From an uncultured Actinomycetes bacterium (GTDB lineage: Bacteria; Actinomycetota; Thermoleophilia; Gaiellales; Gaiellaceae): 64,000 nucleotides of DNA. The position numbers and the translations under genes were made by a program. The notes beneath the pieces are model-generated. The model saw nothing but the letters and a program-made list of their open reading frames with translations. It was not told the origin of the DNA and searched no databases. This document shows, piece by piece, positions 40,486 to 50,429 of this stretch. Every line of letters begins with the position of its first letter. Position 1 is the first letter of the stretch. Location of the stretch: contig CAVXGP010000005.1 in assembly GCA_963761485.1 (NCBI GenBank), positions 352,787-416,786 on the forward strand. Reading direction: 5' to 3'.

Positions 40486-41298
40486 GTGATGGCGAGGAGC
40501 GAGAAGCATGCATCGAGGGTGGGCCCGTCCGCCCTGGGCGAGTTGCGCCCGGTCGAGCGCGACCAGCCGCCGTTACGGCGGGTTCGGAAGAGCTACGAGC
40601 AGGTCGCCGACCAGCTCCGCGAGCTGATCGTCTCGGGCCGGCTGGCGCAGGGCGAGCGGCTTCCGACCGAGACGGTCCTCTCCTCCGAGGTCGGGGTGAG
40701 CCGGGCGACCGTTCGGGAAGCGCTTCGCTTGCTCGCAGCGCAGGGGCTGATCCGCACCGCCCGTGGGGCCACCGGCGGCAGCTACGTCACGATGCCGACC
40801 GTCGATCACATCTCGGACTCGCTGAGCTCGAACATCGCCCTGCTCACCGCCGCTCAGGACCTGACGCTCGAGGAGCTGATCGAGGCGCGCGAGCTGCTGG
40901 AGGTGCCGGCGGCACGGTTTGCAGCGCGCCGGAGGGCGGCGGAGGACGTGGAACGGCTGCGGATGGCGATCCCCGCAGACGAGCCGCCGCTCGACATCCA
41001 GTCGGAGTTCGTCCACAACCGCGACTTCCACGCGACGCTCATCGAGTGCTGCGGGAACACGGTCCTGCAGATCGCGGCGCAGCCGGTCTTCTCCGCTCTC
41101 CAGACGAGCCTCTCGCGCTCGGGGCTGGGACGCCACTTCCACCGGTCGATCCACGCGCATCACACGCGGATCGTCGAGGCCGTGCAGGCAGCGGACGAGG
41201 ACGCCGCCGCGAGCGAGATGCACGATCACCTCGCATTCCTCGTGCCGTACTACGAGAAGGCGTGGCGGAGGGCCCGGCGCGCTCCAGGATCGTCGTGA
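40486..41298 (+). CDS. GntR family transcriptional regulator (FCD subfamily)
   Basis: The ORF is 270 aa. The wHTH is LPTETVLSSEVGVSRATVREALRLLAAQGLI with a helical C-terminal domain. The start is GTG 40486 or ATG 40489. Confidence 0.85.
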   Translation: MMARSEKHASRVGPSALGELRPVERDQPPLRRVRKSYEQVADQLRELIVSGRLAQGERLPTETVLSSEVGVSRATVREALRLLAAQGLIRTARGATGGSYVTMPTVDHISDSLSSNIALLTAAQDLTLEELIEARELLEVPAARFAARRRAAEDVERLRMAIPADEPPLDIQSEFVHNRDFHATLIECCGNTVLQIAAQPVFSALQTSLSRSGLGRHFHRSIHAHHTRIVEAVQAADEDAAASEMHDHLAFLVPYYEKAWRRARRAPGSS

Positions 41299-41314
41299 CC
41301 GGCACGCAGGCGTG

Positions 41315-42256
41315 ATGCAGATCGGGATCCAGGGCTCGGGCCAGCTGACGGACGGCCTGCCCGATCCTGGCCGTTATCGCGCAGTCGCAGAGCTCGCGGA
41401 GGGGCTCGGGTACGACTCGATCTGGGCGGGCGAGCATCTCTCGTTCCATCACCCGATCCTCGATCTCGGGGTCGCTCTCGCCGTCTTCGCCGCGGTCACG
41501 GAGCGGATCCTCCTCGGCGCGGCCGTCGTTCTGCTGCCCCTCAGGCATCCGAGCCTCGTCGCGAAGCAGGCGGCCTCGCTCGACTACGTCTCCGGGGGCC
41601 GGCTCCTGCTCGGTGTCGGCGTCGGCGGCGAAGGGGCGCAGGACTTCGTGGCGGCAGGCGTTGCGCGCACCGAGCGGGGCTCGCGGGCGGACGAGGCGAT
41701 CGCGGCGTTGCGCCAGCTGTTCGCGGGTCGTCCGGCGTCCTTCTGGGGTCGTCACTACCGCTTCCAGGACGTGTCCATCGAGCCCGCGCCGGTGCAGCCC
41801 GGCGGCCCCCCGATCCTCGTGGGCGGCCGCTCGGAGGCGGCGCAGCGCCGAGCCGGCGCGCTCGGCGACGGCTGGCTGCCGTACCTCGTCTCGCCGCGGG
41901 CGTTTGCCGCCGGTGTGGAACGAGTGAGCGCGCACGCGATCTCGGTCGAGCGCGACCCGACCGAGCTCCGCCACGGCGTCGTCGCCTTCGCCCGCGTGGA
42001 GGAGGACGGGGCGTACGCACGGGACGCCGCCCGCGAGCACCTCTCCCAGCGCTACGGGATGCGCTTCGAGCCGCATCACGTGGAGCGGCTGTGTGTCGCC
42101 GGGACGCCCGAGGAATGCGCTCTGCGCGTGCTGGAGTACGAAGAGGCTGGCGCCTCCCACCTCGCGCTCAATCCCGCGGTCGGTGGGAACGGCTTCCTGT
42201 CGCAGATGGAGCAACTCCGCACGGTCGTCACGTTGAGGCGCGCGGTGGGACGGTGA
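41315..42256 (+). CDS. luciferase-like monooxygenase (LLM) family oxidoreductase
   Basis: ATG at 41315 (or GTG at 41312) is in the frame of ORF 40919..42256. The sequence is MQIGIQGSG...GYDSIWAGEHLSF...GRLLLGVGVGG...GTPEECALRVLEYEEAGASHLAL. Confidence 0.8.
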   Translation: MQIGIQGSGQLTDGLPDPGRYRAVAELAEGLGYDSIWAGEHLSFHHPILDLGVALAVFAAVTERILLGAAVVLLPLRHPSLVAKQAASLDYVSGGRLLLGVGVGGEGAQDFVAAGVARTERGSRADEAIAALRQLFAGRPASFWGRHYRFQDVSIEPAPVQPGGPPILVGGRSEAAQRRAGALGDGWLPYLVSPRAFAAGVERVSAHAISVERDPTELRHGVVAFARVEEDGAYARDAAREHLSQRYGMRFEPHHVERLCVAGTPEECALRVLEYEEAGASHLALNPAVGGNGFLSQMEQLRTVVTLRRAVGR

Positions 42257-43470
42257 CGCTTCCGCTCGCCGACCTCCGGATCGTCGCGATCGAGCAGTTC
42301 GGCGCCGGCCCCTGGGGCACGCTGCAGCTCGCCGATCTGGGCGCCGAGATCGTGAAGATCGAGGATCCGCGGTCGGCGGGGGACGTCGGTCGGTACGTCC
42401 CGCCCTTCCAGCAGGGCGAGGACTCGCTCTTCTTCGAGACGTTCAACCGAGGCAAGCTGAGCGTCTCGCTGGATCTTCGTCACCCGGAGGGACCTGCCGT
42501 GTTCCACGACCTCGTGCGAGTCTGCGACGGCGTGTACTCGAACCTGCGCGGCGACCAGCCGGCGCGGCTGGGGCTCACCTACGAACGGCTCAAGGACGTC
42601 AACCCACGTATCGTCTGCTGCTCACTCTCGGGCTTCGGCATGACGGGACCGCGGGCCGCAGAGGGCGGCTACGACTACATGATGCAAGGGCTCGCCGGCT
42701 GGCAGCTGCTCACCGGCGACCCCGACGGGCCCCCCACGAAGTCGGGGCTCTCGCTCGTCGATCTTTCCGGCGGCTACGCGTCGGCGATCGCAATGCTCGC
42801 CGGCATGTGGCGTGCCCGGCGTGACGGCGTGGGCTGCGACTGCGACATCTCGCTGTTCGAGACCGCGCTGCACGAGCTGATGTACATCGGGCCGTGGGCC
42901 GCGACGCACGGGTACGTTCCACCCCGCAGGCGGAACTCCGCACATCCGACGATCGTCCCTTTCCAGAACTTCGAGGCCTCCGATGCCTGGTTCGTCGTCG
43001 GCGCCGCGAAGCAGATGTTCTGGGAACGGCTGTGCCAGGCGATCGGACGTCCGGACCTGAACGAGGACGAGCGCTTCGCGACGATGGCGGGACGCAACGA
43101 GCACCGCGACGTGCTGCTGCCCATCCTGGAAGAAGTCTTCCGGACACGGACGGCGGACGAGTGGATCGAGGAGCTGGTCGACGCAGGCGTGCCCGCGGCT
43201 CGGGTCAACACGGTCGAGGAGGCCCTCGTCGACCCGCAGACCGCCGCCCGCGGGGGGATCGTCGAGCACGACCACCCCGCGCTCGGGCCGGTGCGCTCGA
43301 TCCGGACGCCGCTCCGGCTCGCCGAAGGCGGGACGAGCCTCGAGCGCCAGCCGGAGCGCGCTCCGTTTCGGGGTGAGCACACCGAGCGGACGCTCGTCGA
43401 GCTGTGCGGATACACGCCGGAGCGAGTGCGGGAGCTCGGTGTGGCGGGCGTCTTCGGAGACCGGGCGTGA
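42253..43470 (+). CDS. family III CoA-transferase (CaiB/BaiF), copy 2
   Basis: GTG at 42253 makes a GTGA overlap. The sequence is LRIVAIEQFGAGPWGTLQLADLGAEIVKIEDP. Confidence 0.9.
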   Translation: MTLPLADLRIVAIEQFGAGPWGTLQLADLGAEIVKIEDPRSAGDVGRYVPPFQQGEDSLFFETFNRGKLSVSLDLRHPEGPAVFHDLVRVCDGVYSNLRGDQPARLGLTYERLKDVNPRIVCCSLSGFGMTGPRAAEGGYDYMMQGLAGWQLLTGDPDGPPTKSGLSLVDLSGGYASAIAMLAGMWRARRDGVGCDCDISLFETALHELMYIGPWAATHGYVPPRRRNSAHPTIVPFQNFEASDAWFVVGAAKQMFWERLCQAIGRPDLNEDERFATMAGRNEHRDVLLPILEEVFRTRTADEWIEELVDAGVPAARVNTVEEALVDPQTAARGGIVEHDHPALGPVRSIRTPLRLAEGGTSLERQPERAPFRGEHTERTLVELCGYTPERVRELGVAGVFGDRA

Positions 43471-44363
43471 GCGGCCGCGACCTCGTCGGCTACGGCGCCC
43501 AGCCGCCCGACCCGCGCTGGCCGAACGGCGCACGCGTGGCGCTCAGCTTCGTGCTCAACTACGAGGAGGGAGGCGAGAACACGCCGCTCGAGGGCGATCC
43601 GGCTTCGGAGGCTTTCCTGCACGAGGTCGTCGGGGCGCCGCCGACGGAGGGTCGTCGCAACCTCAACACCGAGTCGATGTTCGAGTTCGGAAGCCGCGTG
43701 GGCTTCTGGCGCGTGCACGACATCTTCACGGCACAGCGTCTGCCGCTCACCGTCTTCGCGGTCGGTCAGGCGCTCGAGCGAAACTCGGACGCGGCGCGCG
43801 CGATGATCGAGGCGGGCTGGGAAGTCGCCAGCCATGGCTGGCGCTGGATCGACTACGGAGAGATGCCCGAGACGGAGGAGCGAGCCCATTTTCACCACGC
43901 GATCGAGGCGATCGAACGCGCCTGTGGGGTCCGCCCCGTCGGCTGGTACACGGGTCGGGGCACGGAGGCGACCCGGCGCCTGGTGGTCGAAGAGGGGGGC
44001 TTCCTCTACGACTCGGACTCCTACGCCGACGAGCTGCCGTACTGGGTCGACGTCGGCGGACGCGACCACCTCGTGATCCCGTACACACTCGACGCCAACG
44101 ACTTCAAGTTCCTGCTTCCCAACGGCTTCGTCACCGCCGGTGACTTCGCCGAGTACCTGATCGACTCGCTCGAGCAACTACGGGCCGACGGCGGGCGCAT
44201 GCTCTCGGTCGGCCTGCATTGCCGCATCGTCGGCCGGCCAGGCCGCGCCCCCGGGCTCGCGCGCTTCCTCGAGCACGTGCGGACGCGCGACGACGTCTGG
44301 GTTGCGACGCGCGCGGACATCGCTCGGCACTGGCGCTCGACGCACCCGCCACCGCCCCGATGA
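43467..44363 (+). CDS. polysaccharide deacetylase family protein, PuuE-type allantoinase-like
   Basis: GTG at 43467 makes a GTGA overlap. RDLVGYGAQPPDPRWPNGARVALSFVLNYEEGGE...GWEVASHGWRWIDY resembles PuuE-type enzymes as I remember them. Confidence 0.75.
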   Translation: MSGRDLVGYGAQPPDPRWPNGARVALSFVLNYEEGGENTPLEGDPASEAFLHEVVGAPPTEGRRNLNTESMFEFGSRVGFWRVHDIFTAQRLPLTVFAVGQALERNSDAARAMIEAGWEVASHGWRWIDYGEMPETEERAHFHHAIEAIERACGVRPVGWYTGRGTEATRRLVVEEGGFLYDSDSYADELPYWVDVGGRDHLVIPYTLDANDFKFLLPNGFVTAGDFAEYLIDSLEQLRADGGRMLSVGLHCRIVGRPGRAPGLARFLEHVRTRDDVWVATRADIARHWRSTHPPPPR

Positions 44364-44376
44364 GAGGAGAGACGCC

Positions 44377-45096
44377 ATGAACACGGACTCCGACGTCCGG
44401 GCCGCCCTCAGCACCATCTTCGACGCCGACACCGGCATCTACCGCGAGCGCGGCTTTCAGCGCCGCGTCGGCTTCGGCCGGCGACCGGCGCTCGTGCACA
44501 TCGACCTGGGGAACGCATGGACACGGCCTGGGCACGCGTTCTCCTGCGATGGGATGGACACGATCATCCCTGCCGTGCAGGCCTTGAACGAGGCCGGGCG
44601 GGCGAAGGGAATCCCGATCGTCTACACGACGACGGCGTACGCGGACGTGGACGGCCCCAACTCGGACATGGGGCTCTGGGTGCACAAGATCCCGGTCGAG
44701 CTCCTGCGCCTCGGGACCGAAGCCGTCGAGATCGACGACCGGATCGTGCCGCAGCCGGGTGAGCTCGTGATCGTCAAGAAGCGAGCAAGCGGCTTCCACG
44801 GCACGCATCTCTCGAGCTATCTGAACGCCCAGGGCGTCGACACCGTAGTCATCACGGGAGTGACGATGGCCGGCTGCGTCCGCCACACGACCGAGGACGC
44901 CATCGCGGAGGGATTCCGTCCGATCGTCGTCCGCGAGGCCGTCGGCGACCGCGTCCCCGGCGTCGTGGAGTGGAACCTCTTCGACATCGACGCCAAGTTC
45001 GGCGACGTGGAGCCGCTCGAGCGCGTGCTCGAGTACCTCGCCGGAATCGAGCGGTTCGAGAGCCGGGCCGCCGCCGGGGTCGCGACCGCCCACTGA
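44377..45096 (+). CDS. isochorismatase-like cysteine hydrolase, copy 2
   Basis: ATG at 44377 follows GAGAGGAGAG. Triad contexts are LVHIDLGN, VIVKKRASGF and TGVTMAGCVRHTT. Confidence 0.85.
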   Translation: MNTDSDVRAALSTIFDADTGIYRERGFQRRVGFGRRPALVHIDLGNAWTRPGHAFSCDGMDTIIPAVQALNEAGRAKGIPIVYTTTAYADVDGPNSDMGLWVHKIPVELLRLGTEAVEIDDRIVPQPGELVIVKKRASGFHGTHLSSYLNAQGVDTVVITGVTMAGCVRHTTEDAIAEGFRPIVVREAVGDRVPGVVEWNLFDIDAKFGDVEPLERVLEYLAGIERFESRAAAGVATAH

Positions 45097-45115
45097 CGGC
45101 CTCTAGCAGCGCCAG

Positions 45116-46042
45116 CTAGGACAGCCCGGAACCCGCCTCGAGCGCCTTCACGAGCGCGGTGATCGCCGCGTTCGCCGGAGCCTCGAGTCCGACGTGGGCG
45201 GCACGTGGAGGGATCGCCCCGTTGATCACGTCGATCTCGCACGACCGGCCGGCGAGGCGGTCGAGGAGCATGGACGGTCGCGCGCCTCGGATCCGCTCGC
45301 CGAACGTCCTCACGTAGGCGACGGGGTCGTCGAACTCCAGGGCGATCCCGCTCGCGACCGCGACGGCGTGGGCCTCCACCGCACAGGCCGAGGCGACCGA
45401 CCACGCGTTCGGGTCGTCGAGCACCTCGCCGATGGTCACGCCGAGCACCGTGGCGGGACCGCTGAAGCACACGTTGCAGACGAGCTTCTCCCAGACGAGC
45501 CGGTCGACGTCGTCGTAGGTGCGGACGTTGAAGCCGGCGGCCCTCCAGACCTCCGCGATTCGCTCCACGCGCGGCGTCACCGGCCCGGAACGCTCGCCGA
45601 GTCGGACGAGCTCGAGGCCGTGATGATGCGCGTGGCCGGGCGCGACGATCGAGGCGCCGAAACCACCCGCGACACCGATCACGACCCGCTCTTCGCCGAG
45701 CACTCCTGCGACGACGTCCGCGGAGCCGAGGCCGTTCTGGATCGGGAGGACGACCGTCTCCGGGCCGACGAGCGCTCGAGCTCCCTCCGCTGCGGCGTGG
45801 ACCTGCATCGCTTTGGTCGCGATCACGACGAGATCGACGACGCCGACATCTGCTGGGTTGGACGTCGCGGCCAGCCGCACGACCCGCTCGCCGCTTGCCC
45901 CTTCCACGCGAAGACCGTGGTTACGGATCGCCGCGATGTGCTCGGCCCACGGATCGACGGCCCAGACGTCGTTGCCCGACGTGCCGAGCAGGCCCGCGTA
46001 CACGGAACCCATCGCTCCGACACCGACGATCGCGATCTTCAT
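45116..46042 (-). CDS. 2-dehydropantoate 2-reductase (ketopantoate reductase, ApbA/PanE) family oxidoreductase
   Basis: The ORF is 308 aa. It has the Rossmann motif MKIAIVGVGAMGSVYAGLL and the family-typical length. Confidence 0.8.
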   Translation of the reverse strand: MKIAIVGVGAMGSVYAGLLGTSGNDVWAVDPWAEHIAAIRNHGLRVEGASGERVVRLAATSNPADVGVVDLVVIATKAMQVHAAAEGARALVGPETVVLPIQNGLGSADVVAGVLGEERVVIGVAGGFGASIVAPGHAHHHGLELVRLGERSGPVTPRVERIAEVWRAAGFNVRTYDDVDRLVWEKLVCNVCFSGPATVLGVTIGEVLDDPNAWSVASACAVEAHAVAVASGIALEFDDPVAYVRTFGERIRGARPSMLLDRLAGRSCEIDVINGAIPPRAAHVGLEAPANAAITALVKALEAGSGLS

Positions 46043-46080
46043 CGCCCGCTCAGGGTCACGGGAACGCCGGCCGTTGCCGC

Positions 46081-46482
46081 CTACTTGAGCGGGTTGGTAC
46101 CCGCCATCCAGATGATGACGCGCTTGAACTTCCCGTCGGCGTCGAAGGTGAAGAAGTTGCAGTTGTGCATGTCGTTCTTCGTGCCGTCCTTCAGCTCACC
46201 GATGTAGCCCTGCTCGGTCGCGACCTTGCCGGCGGCCTCCTCGACCACGACGTTCCGCAGCTCGTGGCGGATCGACACGGAAGCGTCGAAGAAGTCCGTG
46301 AACATCCGCCGGATCTCGGCCTCGCCTGTAAACGTCACGTGATCGGTCTGGACCGTGAGCGTCGCGTCGGCGGCGAAGTGCGCAAGGACGCCGTCGACGT
46401 CCATGGCGTCCACGGCGTCGAAGTACGTCTGCGGGGCGGCGGCGAGGCTCTCCCGCGTCCAGGTGGCTACTGCCGTGCTCAT
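46081..46482 (-). CDS. SnoaL-like / NTF2-fold protein
   Basis: The ORF is 133 aa. FDAVDAMDVDGVLAHFAADATL is a typical NTF2-like opening. The family call is tentative. Confidence 0.65.
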   Translation of the reverse strand: MSTAVATWTRESLAAAPQTYFDAVDAMDVDGVLAHFAADATLTVQTDHVTFTGEAEIRRMFTDFFDASVSIRHELRNVVVEEAAGKVATEQGYIGELKDGTKNDMHNCNFFTFDADGKFKRVIIWMAGTNPLK

Positions 46483-46552
46483 GCCGATCCTCCTTCGCAG
46501 GGTTCGTGGGGGATTCGAGCCTACAACGTCCCGGCGCGACAGTGGGTGCAGC

Positions 46553-47380
46553 TCAGCCGAGGTGCTGGCGAAAAAAGGCCGACACGATCCGGACGGCGTC
46601 GGTCGGGCACTCGAGGAGGTCCGCGTGGCCGATGTCCGGGAACTCGTGCGTGGTGATGTGCTCGTTCATGGCGGCCATCTGCCTGGCGCCGAGGCCTGAC
46701 GGCGCCAGCTCGGGCGGGCAGAGGATGTCGTAGGTGCCATTCGTCATCAGCAGCGGCGTCGAGATCTGTGGCACGAGCGGCGACAGGTCCATCTCCTCCA
46801 TCGCGACGCACGCCTGCCGGACGGTGTACGGATCGTTCCGGCCGATCACGCCGCGCACGAGCTCGAAGGTGCCCGCACCCTCGGCACTCTCGAGGAAGCG
46901 CGCACCGACCGCCTGCGTCGTGACGTGGTCGGAGAAGTCGTCCCAGGGCATCGACTCTGCCATCCGCCGCCAGACACGAAACAGCGTCTTGCGGTAGACG
47001 TCCGGCTTGGCGAACGCGACGTCGGCGCAGGTTGCGATCACGCGGCCGCCGTGCAGCGCGGCGAAGGCGATCGCGATCATCCCGCCCATCGACGTCCCGT
47101 GGACGAGCACGCGCTCGAGACCGACGGCGTCGAGCAGCTTGGAGCCGTCGTCTGCCCACAGCTCGATCGTGTACTGCTCGCGTGGATGGTCGGAAGCCCC
47201 GTAGCCGCGGGCGTCGAAGGAGAGCAGGCGGAACCCGGCCTCGCGGAATCCGTCGTTGACGAAGCCGAAGTTGCCGCGGCCGAACAGTCCACCGCCGAAC
47301 TGGAGCACCACCGGCCCGTCCTCCGGACCGGTGAGCTCGTAGTACAGCTTGATGCTCCCCTCGAGCTCCGCGTACGGCAT
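46553..47380 (-). CDS. alpha/beta hydrolase (paralogue of 20125..20964)
   Basis: ATG at 47380 is in the frame of ORF 46553..47617. The nucleophile elbow is HGTSMGGMIAIAFA. Confidence 0.85.
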   Translation of the reverse strand: MPYAELEGSIKLYYELTGPEDGPVVLQFGGGLFGRGNFGFVNDGFREAGFRLLSFDARGYGASDHPREQYTIELWADDGSKLLDAVGLERVLVHGTSMGGMIAIAFAALHGGRVIATCADVAFAKPDVYRKTLFRVWRRMAESMPWDDFSDHVTTQAVGARFLESAEGAGTFELVRGVIGRNDPYTVRQACVAMEEMDLSPLVPQISTPLLMTNGTYDILCPPELAPSGLGARQMAAMNEHITTHEFPDIGHADLLECPTDAVRIVSAFFRQHLG

Positions 47381-47445
47381 CGTCCCGCCTCGAGTCAGCC
47401 TTGCTTCGAAGGCCTGAGTCTCACCTATTGTCCAACGCGGTGACT

Positions 47446-47637
47446 TCAGTCCCAGCTTCGACCGACGCGATCCCAGGCGACGTCGCTCGGGAGCCACTCG
47501 GTGTTGATCGTCGACAGGAGGCGCGTCACGTCTGTCGATTCGCACCTCGGGCACGGTGGAGTCGGCTTGTCCGAGGTCGAAAGGTACTCCTCGTACCGTT
47601 CTTCGCACTTCTCGCACCGGTACTCGTAGACGGGCAT
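47446..47637 (-). CDS. FmdB-family zinc-ribbon protein (63 aa)
   Basis: ATG at 47637 is in the frame of ORF 47446..48078. MPVYEYRCEKCEERYE...PPCPRCES is the CxxC...CxxC FmdB signature. Confidence 0.8.
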   Translation of the reverse strand: MPVYEYRCEKCEERYEEYLSTSDKPTPPCPRCESTDVTRLLSTINTEWLPSDVAWDRVGRSWD

Positions 47638-47800
47638 GGGCGCAGAGTCTAGCTCCGTCGATCTCCTCCGACGCGTTGCCGAAGACCAGGGCGTCATGCC
47701 CTCGGACGAGGATCTCGAAGCCGTGCTGGGGTTCCTGACGCGGATACTCCCGGCGCTCGCCGAGCTCGAGAAGCGCCTTCCTCCGGAAGCACGGCCGTGA
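47636..47800 (+). CDS. candidate GatC/AtzG-like small protein (54 aa from ATG 47636, or 34 aa from ATG 47696)
   Basis: This ORF is too short for the ORF track, so I translated it by hand: MGAESSSVDLLRRVAEDQGVMPSDEDLEAVLGFLTRILPALAELEKRLPPEARP. Its stop overlaps the amidase GTG (GTGA). The helix pattern resembles the N-terminal part of GatC. Confidence 0.35.
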   Translation: MGAESSSVDLLRRVAEDQGVMPSDEDLEAVLGFLTRILPALAELEKRLPPEARP

Positions 47801-49011
47801 CGCTCGACCCCTTCAACGCGTTCCTCCATCTGCAGCCGCAGCACGGGCCGGGCCCGACCGTCGGCGTGAAGGACGTGATCGACGTCGCGCAGATGCCGAC
47901 GACGGCGGCGTCGCGGATCCTGGATCGCGTCCCCGACCGTGATGCCGAGTGCGTCGCCCGGCTGCGAAGGGCGGGAGCGCAGATCGTCGGCAAGCTGAAC
48001 ACGCACGAATTCGCCTTCGGCGCGCTCACCACGAGCCCTCATTTCGGGCCATCCCTGAACCCGTGGAACACCGCGCATGTCTGTGGCGGCTCCAGCGGCG
48101 GCTCAGGTGCCGCCGTCGCAGCAGGCCTCGTCGACATCTCAGTCGGCACGGACACAGCGGGCTCCGTGCGAATCCCTGCCGCGTTCTGCGGCGTGACCGG
48201 CATCAAGCCGTCGACGGGGCTCGTTCCGACCGGCGGTCTGTTCCCGACCTCGTGGACGCTCGACACGATCGGCCCGCTCGCCCGCACGGCCGACGAGTGC
48301 GCGTGGGCGCTCGAGGTGATGGCCGGGCGGCCCATCGGGGTCCACGAAGGGGACGACCTCCGGATAGGGGTCGTCGAGAGTCTGTTCGAGCGGGCGGATC
48401 CACACGTGGCGGCTGCCTGCGAGGAGGCGCTGCGCGAACTGGGCGGGAGGCAGGAGCCGGTCGAGATCCCGCTCCACGAAGAGATCACGACGATCCTCCA
48501 GCTCGTCCTACTGCCGGAGGCGACCGCGGCGCATCTTCACTGGCTCCGCACGCGACTTGCCGACTACGGCGCCGACGTTCGCGTGCGCCTGCTCGCCGGG
48601 CTCCTCCTGCCCTCGACCGCACACGTCACAGGCCAGCGGGCGCGGCGCTGGGCCATGGCCGAGCGGGAACGGGCGCTCGGAAGCTACGACCTCCTCGTCG
48701 CGCCGGCGATGCCGATCCTCCCACCACGTCTCGACGCGATCCCCGAGGACTACCGGCTGCTCCTGATCCCGTACAACTCGCCCGCCTCGCTCTGGGGTGC
48801 CCCGGCTGCATCCGTTCCTTGCGGGCTCGTCGACGGGCTCCCGGTCGGGCTCTCGCTGATCGGCCGAAACGGCGAGGACGGCGTCGTGCTCGGTGCGGCT
48901 CGAGCGTTCCAGCGCGTGACCGACTGGCACGAGCGCCGCCCGCCGCTCTCGGTTGACGGGGCGGAGAAAGATCGTATACAAGACGCTCACCAGCGCCTGA
49001 AAGGGGTGTGA
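47797..49011 (+). CDS. amidase (amidase-signature family, GatA/AtzE-like, short N-terminus)
   Basis: The ORF is 404 aa. The motifs are VKDVIDVAQMPTTAAS...GGSSGGSGAAVAAG...GTDTAGSVRIPAAFCG. Confidence 0.85.
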   Translation: MTLDPFNAFLHLQPQHGPGPTVGVKDVIDVAQMPTTAASRILDRVPDRDAECVARLRRAGAQIVGKLNTHEFAFGALTTSPHFGPSLNPWNTAHVCGGSSGGSGAAVAAGLVDISVGTDTAGSVRIPAAFCGVTGIKPSTGLVPTGGLFPTSWTLDTIGPLARTADECAWALEVMAGRPIGVHEGDDLRIGVVESLFERADPHVAAACEEALRELGGRQEPVEIPLHEEITTILQLVLLPEATAAHLHWLRTRLADYGADVRVRLLAGLLLPSTAHVTGQRARRWAMAERERALGSYDLLVAPAMPILPPRLDAIPEDYRLLLIPYNSPASLWGAPAASVPCGLVDGLPVGLSLIGRNGEDGVVLGAARAFQRVTDWHERRPPLSVDGAEKDRIQDAHQRLKGV

Positions 49012-49015
49012 GCAC

Positions 49016-50428
49016 ATGTCTGTGCTGATCAAGGGCGGCCGGATCATCACCGCCGCCGACGACTACGTCGGGGACATCTTTGCCGAGAACGGCTCGATCG
49101 CCCTGATCGGGGAGGGCCTCGACGTCTCGGCCGACAAGGTGATCGATGCCACCGACAAGATCGTGATGCCCGGAGCGATCGACCCGCACACGCACCTCGA
49201 GATGTTCTTCGGCGGGACCACGACCTGCGACGACTTCACGTCCGGCACCACCGCTGCCGCATTCGGCGGGACGACGACGCTGATCGACTTCTGCATCCAG
49301 ACGCCCGGTGACACGTTCCCGCAGGCACTCGAGAAGTATCACGAGAAGATCGAGCGCTGCCCACCCCTGATCGACGTCGGCTTCCACATCGCGGTCACGG
49401 ACCTGCACACGGGCGGCACGCTGGAGGACCTCGCAAGGGTGCCGGACGAGGGAGTCACGTCGTACAAGCTGTTCATGGCCTACAAGGGCGCGGTGATGGT
49501 GGACGACGAGACCCTGTTCAGGGTCATGCAAACCGCGCACGAGACCGGCGGTCTCGTCATGGTCCACGCCGAGAACGGCGACGCGATCGACATCATCGTG
49601 AAGGAGGCGGTAGCCGAGGGGAAGAGCGACCCGATCTGGCATGCGCGGACACGACCGATGGAGACGGAGGCCGAGGCCACGAACCGAGCGGTCCAGCTCG
49701 CACGCGTCGCCGGTTCCCCGCTGTACGTCGTCCACGTCTCCTGCCAGCCGGCGGTCGAGCCTATCGCGCTCGCCCGGGAGAAGGGCTGGAACGTCTGGGG
49801 CGAGACCTGCACTCAGTACTTCTTCGTCGACGAGAGCATGATGGAGAAGCCGAACTGGGAAGGCGCGAAGTACATCTACACTCCGCCGCCGCGCCCGAAG
49901 GAGCAGCAGGAACACCTGTGGAAGGCGATCGTGACGGACGCGCTGTCCGCAGTCTCCACCGACCATTGCCCGTTCAACTGGCCCGAGCAGAAGGGCATCA
50001 ACGGTCGCGACTTCCAGGTCGTCCCCAACGGCGGCCCGGGGATTGAGAATCGGCTCCACATGTTGTGGACGTTCGGCGTCTCGACCGGACGGATCACGCC
50101 GAACCGCTTCGTCGAGCTGGTCTCGACGAACATCGCGAAGCTGTTCGGCCTCTACCCCCGGAAAGGCACGATCGCTCCCGGCTCGGATGCGGACATCGTC
50201 GTCTGGGATCCGAACAAGAAGCTCACGATCTCCGCGGCCACCCACCATACGAACGTCAACTACAACCTCTTCGAGGGCACAGAGGTGACGGGTGCTCCGG
50301 AGGTCGTGCTCGTTCGCGGGCGGGTGATCGTGGAGAACGACGAGCTCGTCGCTCAGCCGGGCGCGGGCCAGTTCGTCAAGCGGGCGCGGTTCGGCGAGGA
50401 GCTCAAGGCCGCACGGGCGGTGGCGTGA
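49016..50428 (+). CDS. dihydropyrimidinase / D-hydantoinase (cyclic amidohydrolase)
   Basis: The ORF is 470 aa. The motifs are MPGAIDPHTHLEM...SYKLFMAYKG...VHAENGD...STDHCPF. Confidence 0.9.
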   Translation: MSVLIKGGRIITAADDYVGDIFAENGSIALIGEGLDVSADKVIDATDKIVMPGAIDPHTHLEMFFGGTTTCDDFTSGTTAAAFGGTTTLIDFCIQTPGDTFPQALEKYHEKIERCPPLIDVGFHIAVTDLHTGGTLEDLARVPDEGVTSYKLFMAYKGAVMVDDETLFRVMQTAHETGGLVMVHAENGDAIDIIVKEAVAEGKSDPIWHARTRPMETEAEATNRAVQLARVAGSPLYVVHVSCQPAVEPIALAREKGWNVWGETCTQYFFVDESMMEKPNWEGAKYIYTPPPRPKEQQEHLWKAIVTDALSAVSTDHCPFNWPEQKGINGRDFQVVPNGGPGIENRLHMLWTFGVSTGRITPNRFVELVSTNIAKLFGLYPRKGTIAPGSDADIVVWDPNKKLTISAATHHTNVNYNLFEGTEVTGAPEVVLVRGRVIVENDELVAQPGAGQFVKRARFGEELKAARAVA

Positions 50429-50429
50429 C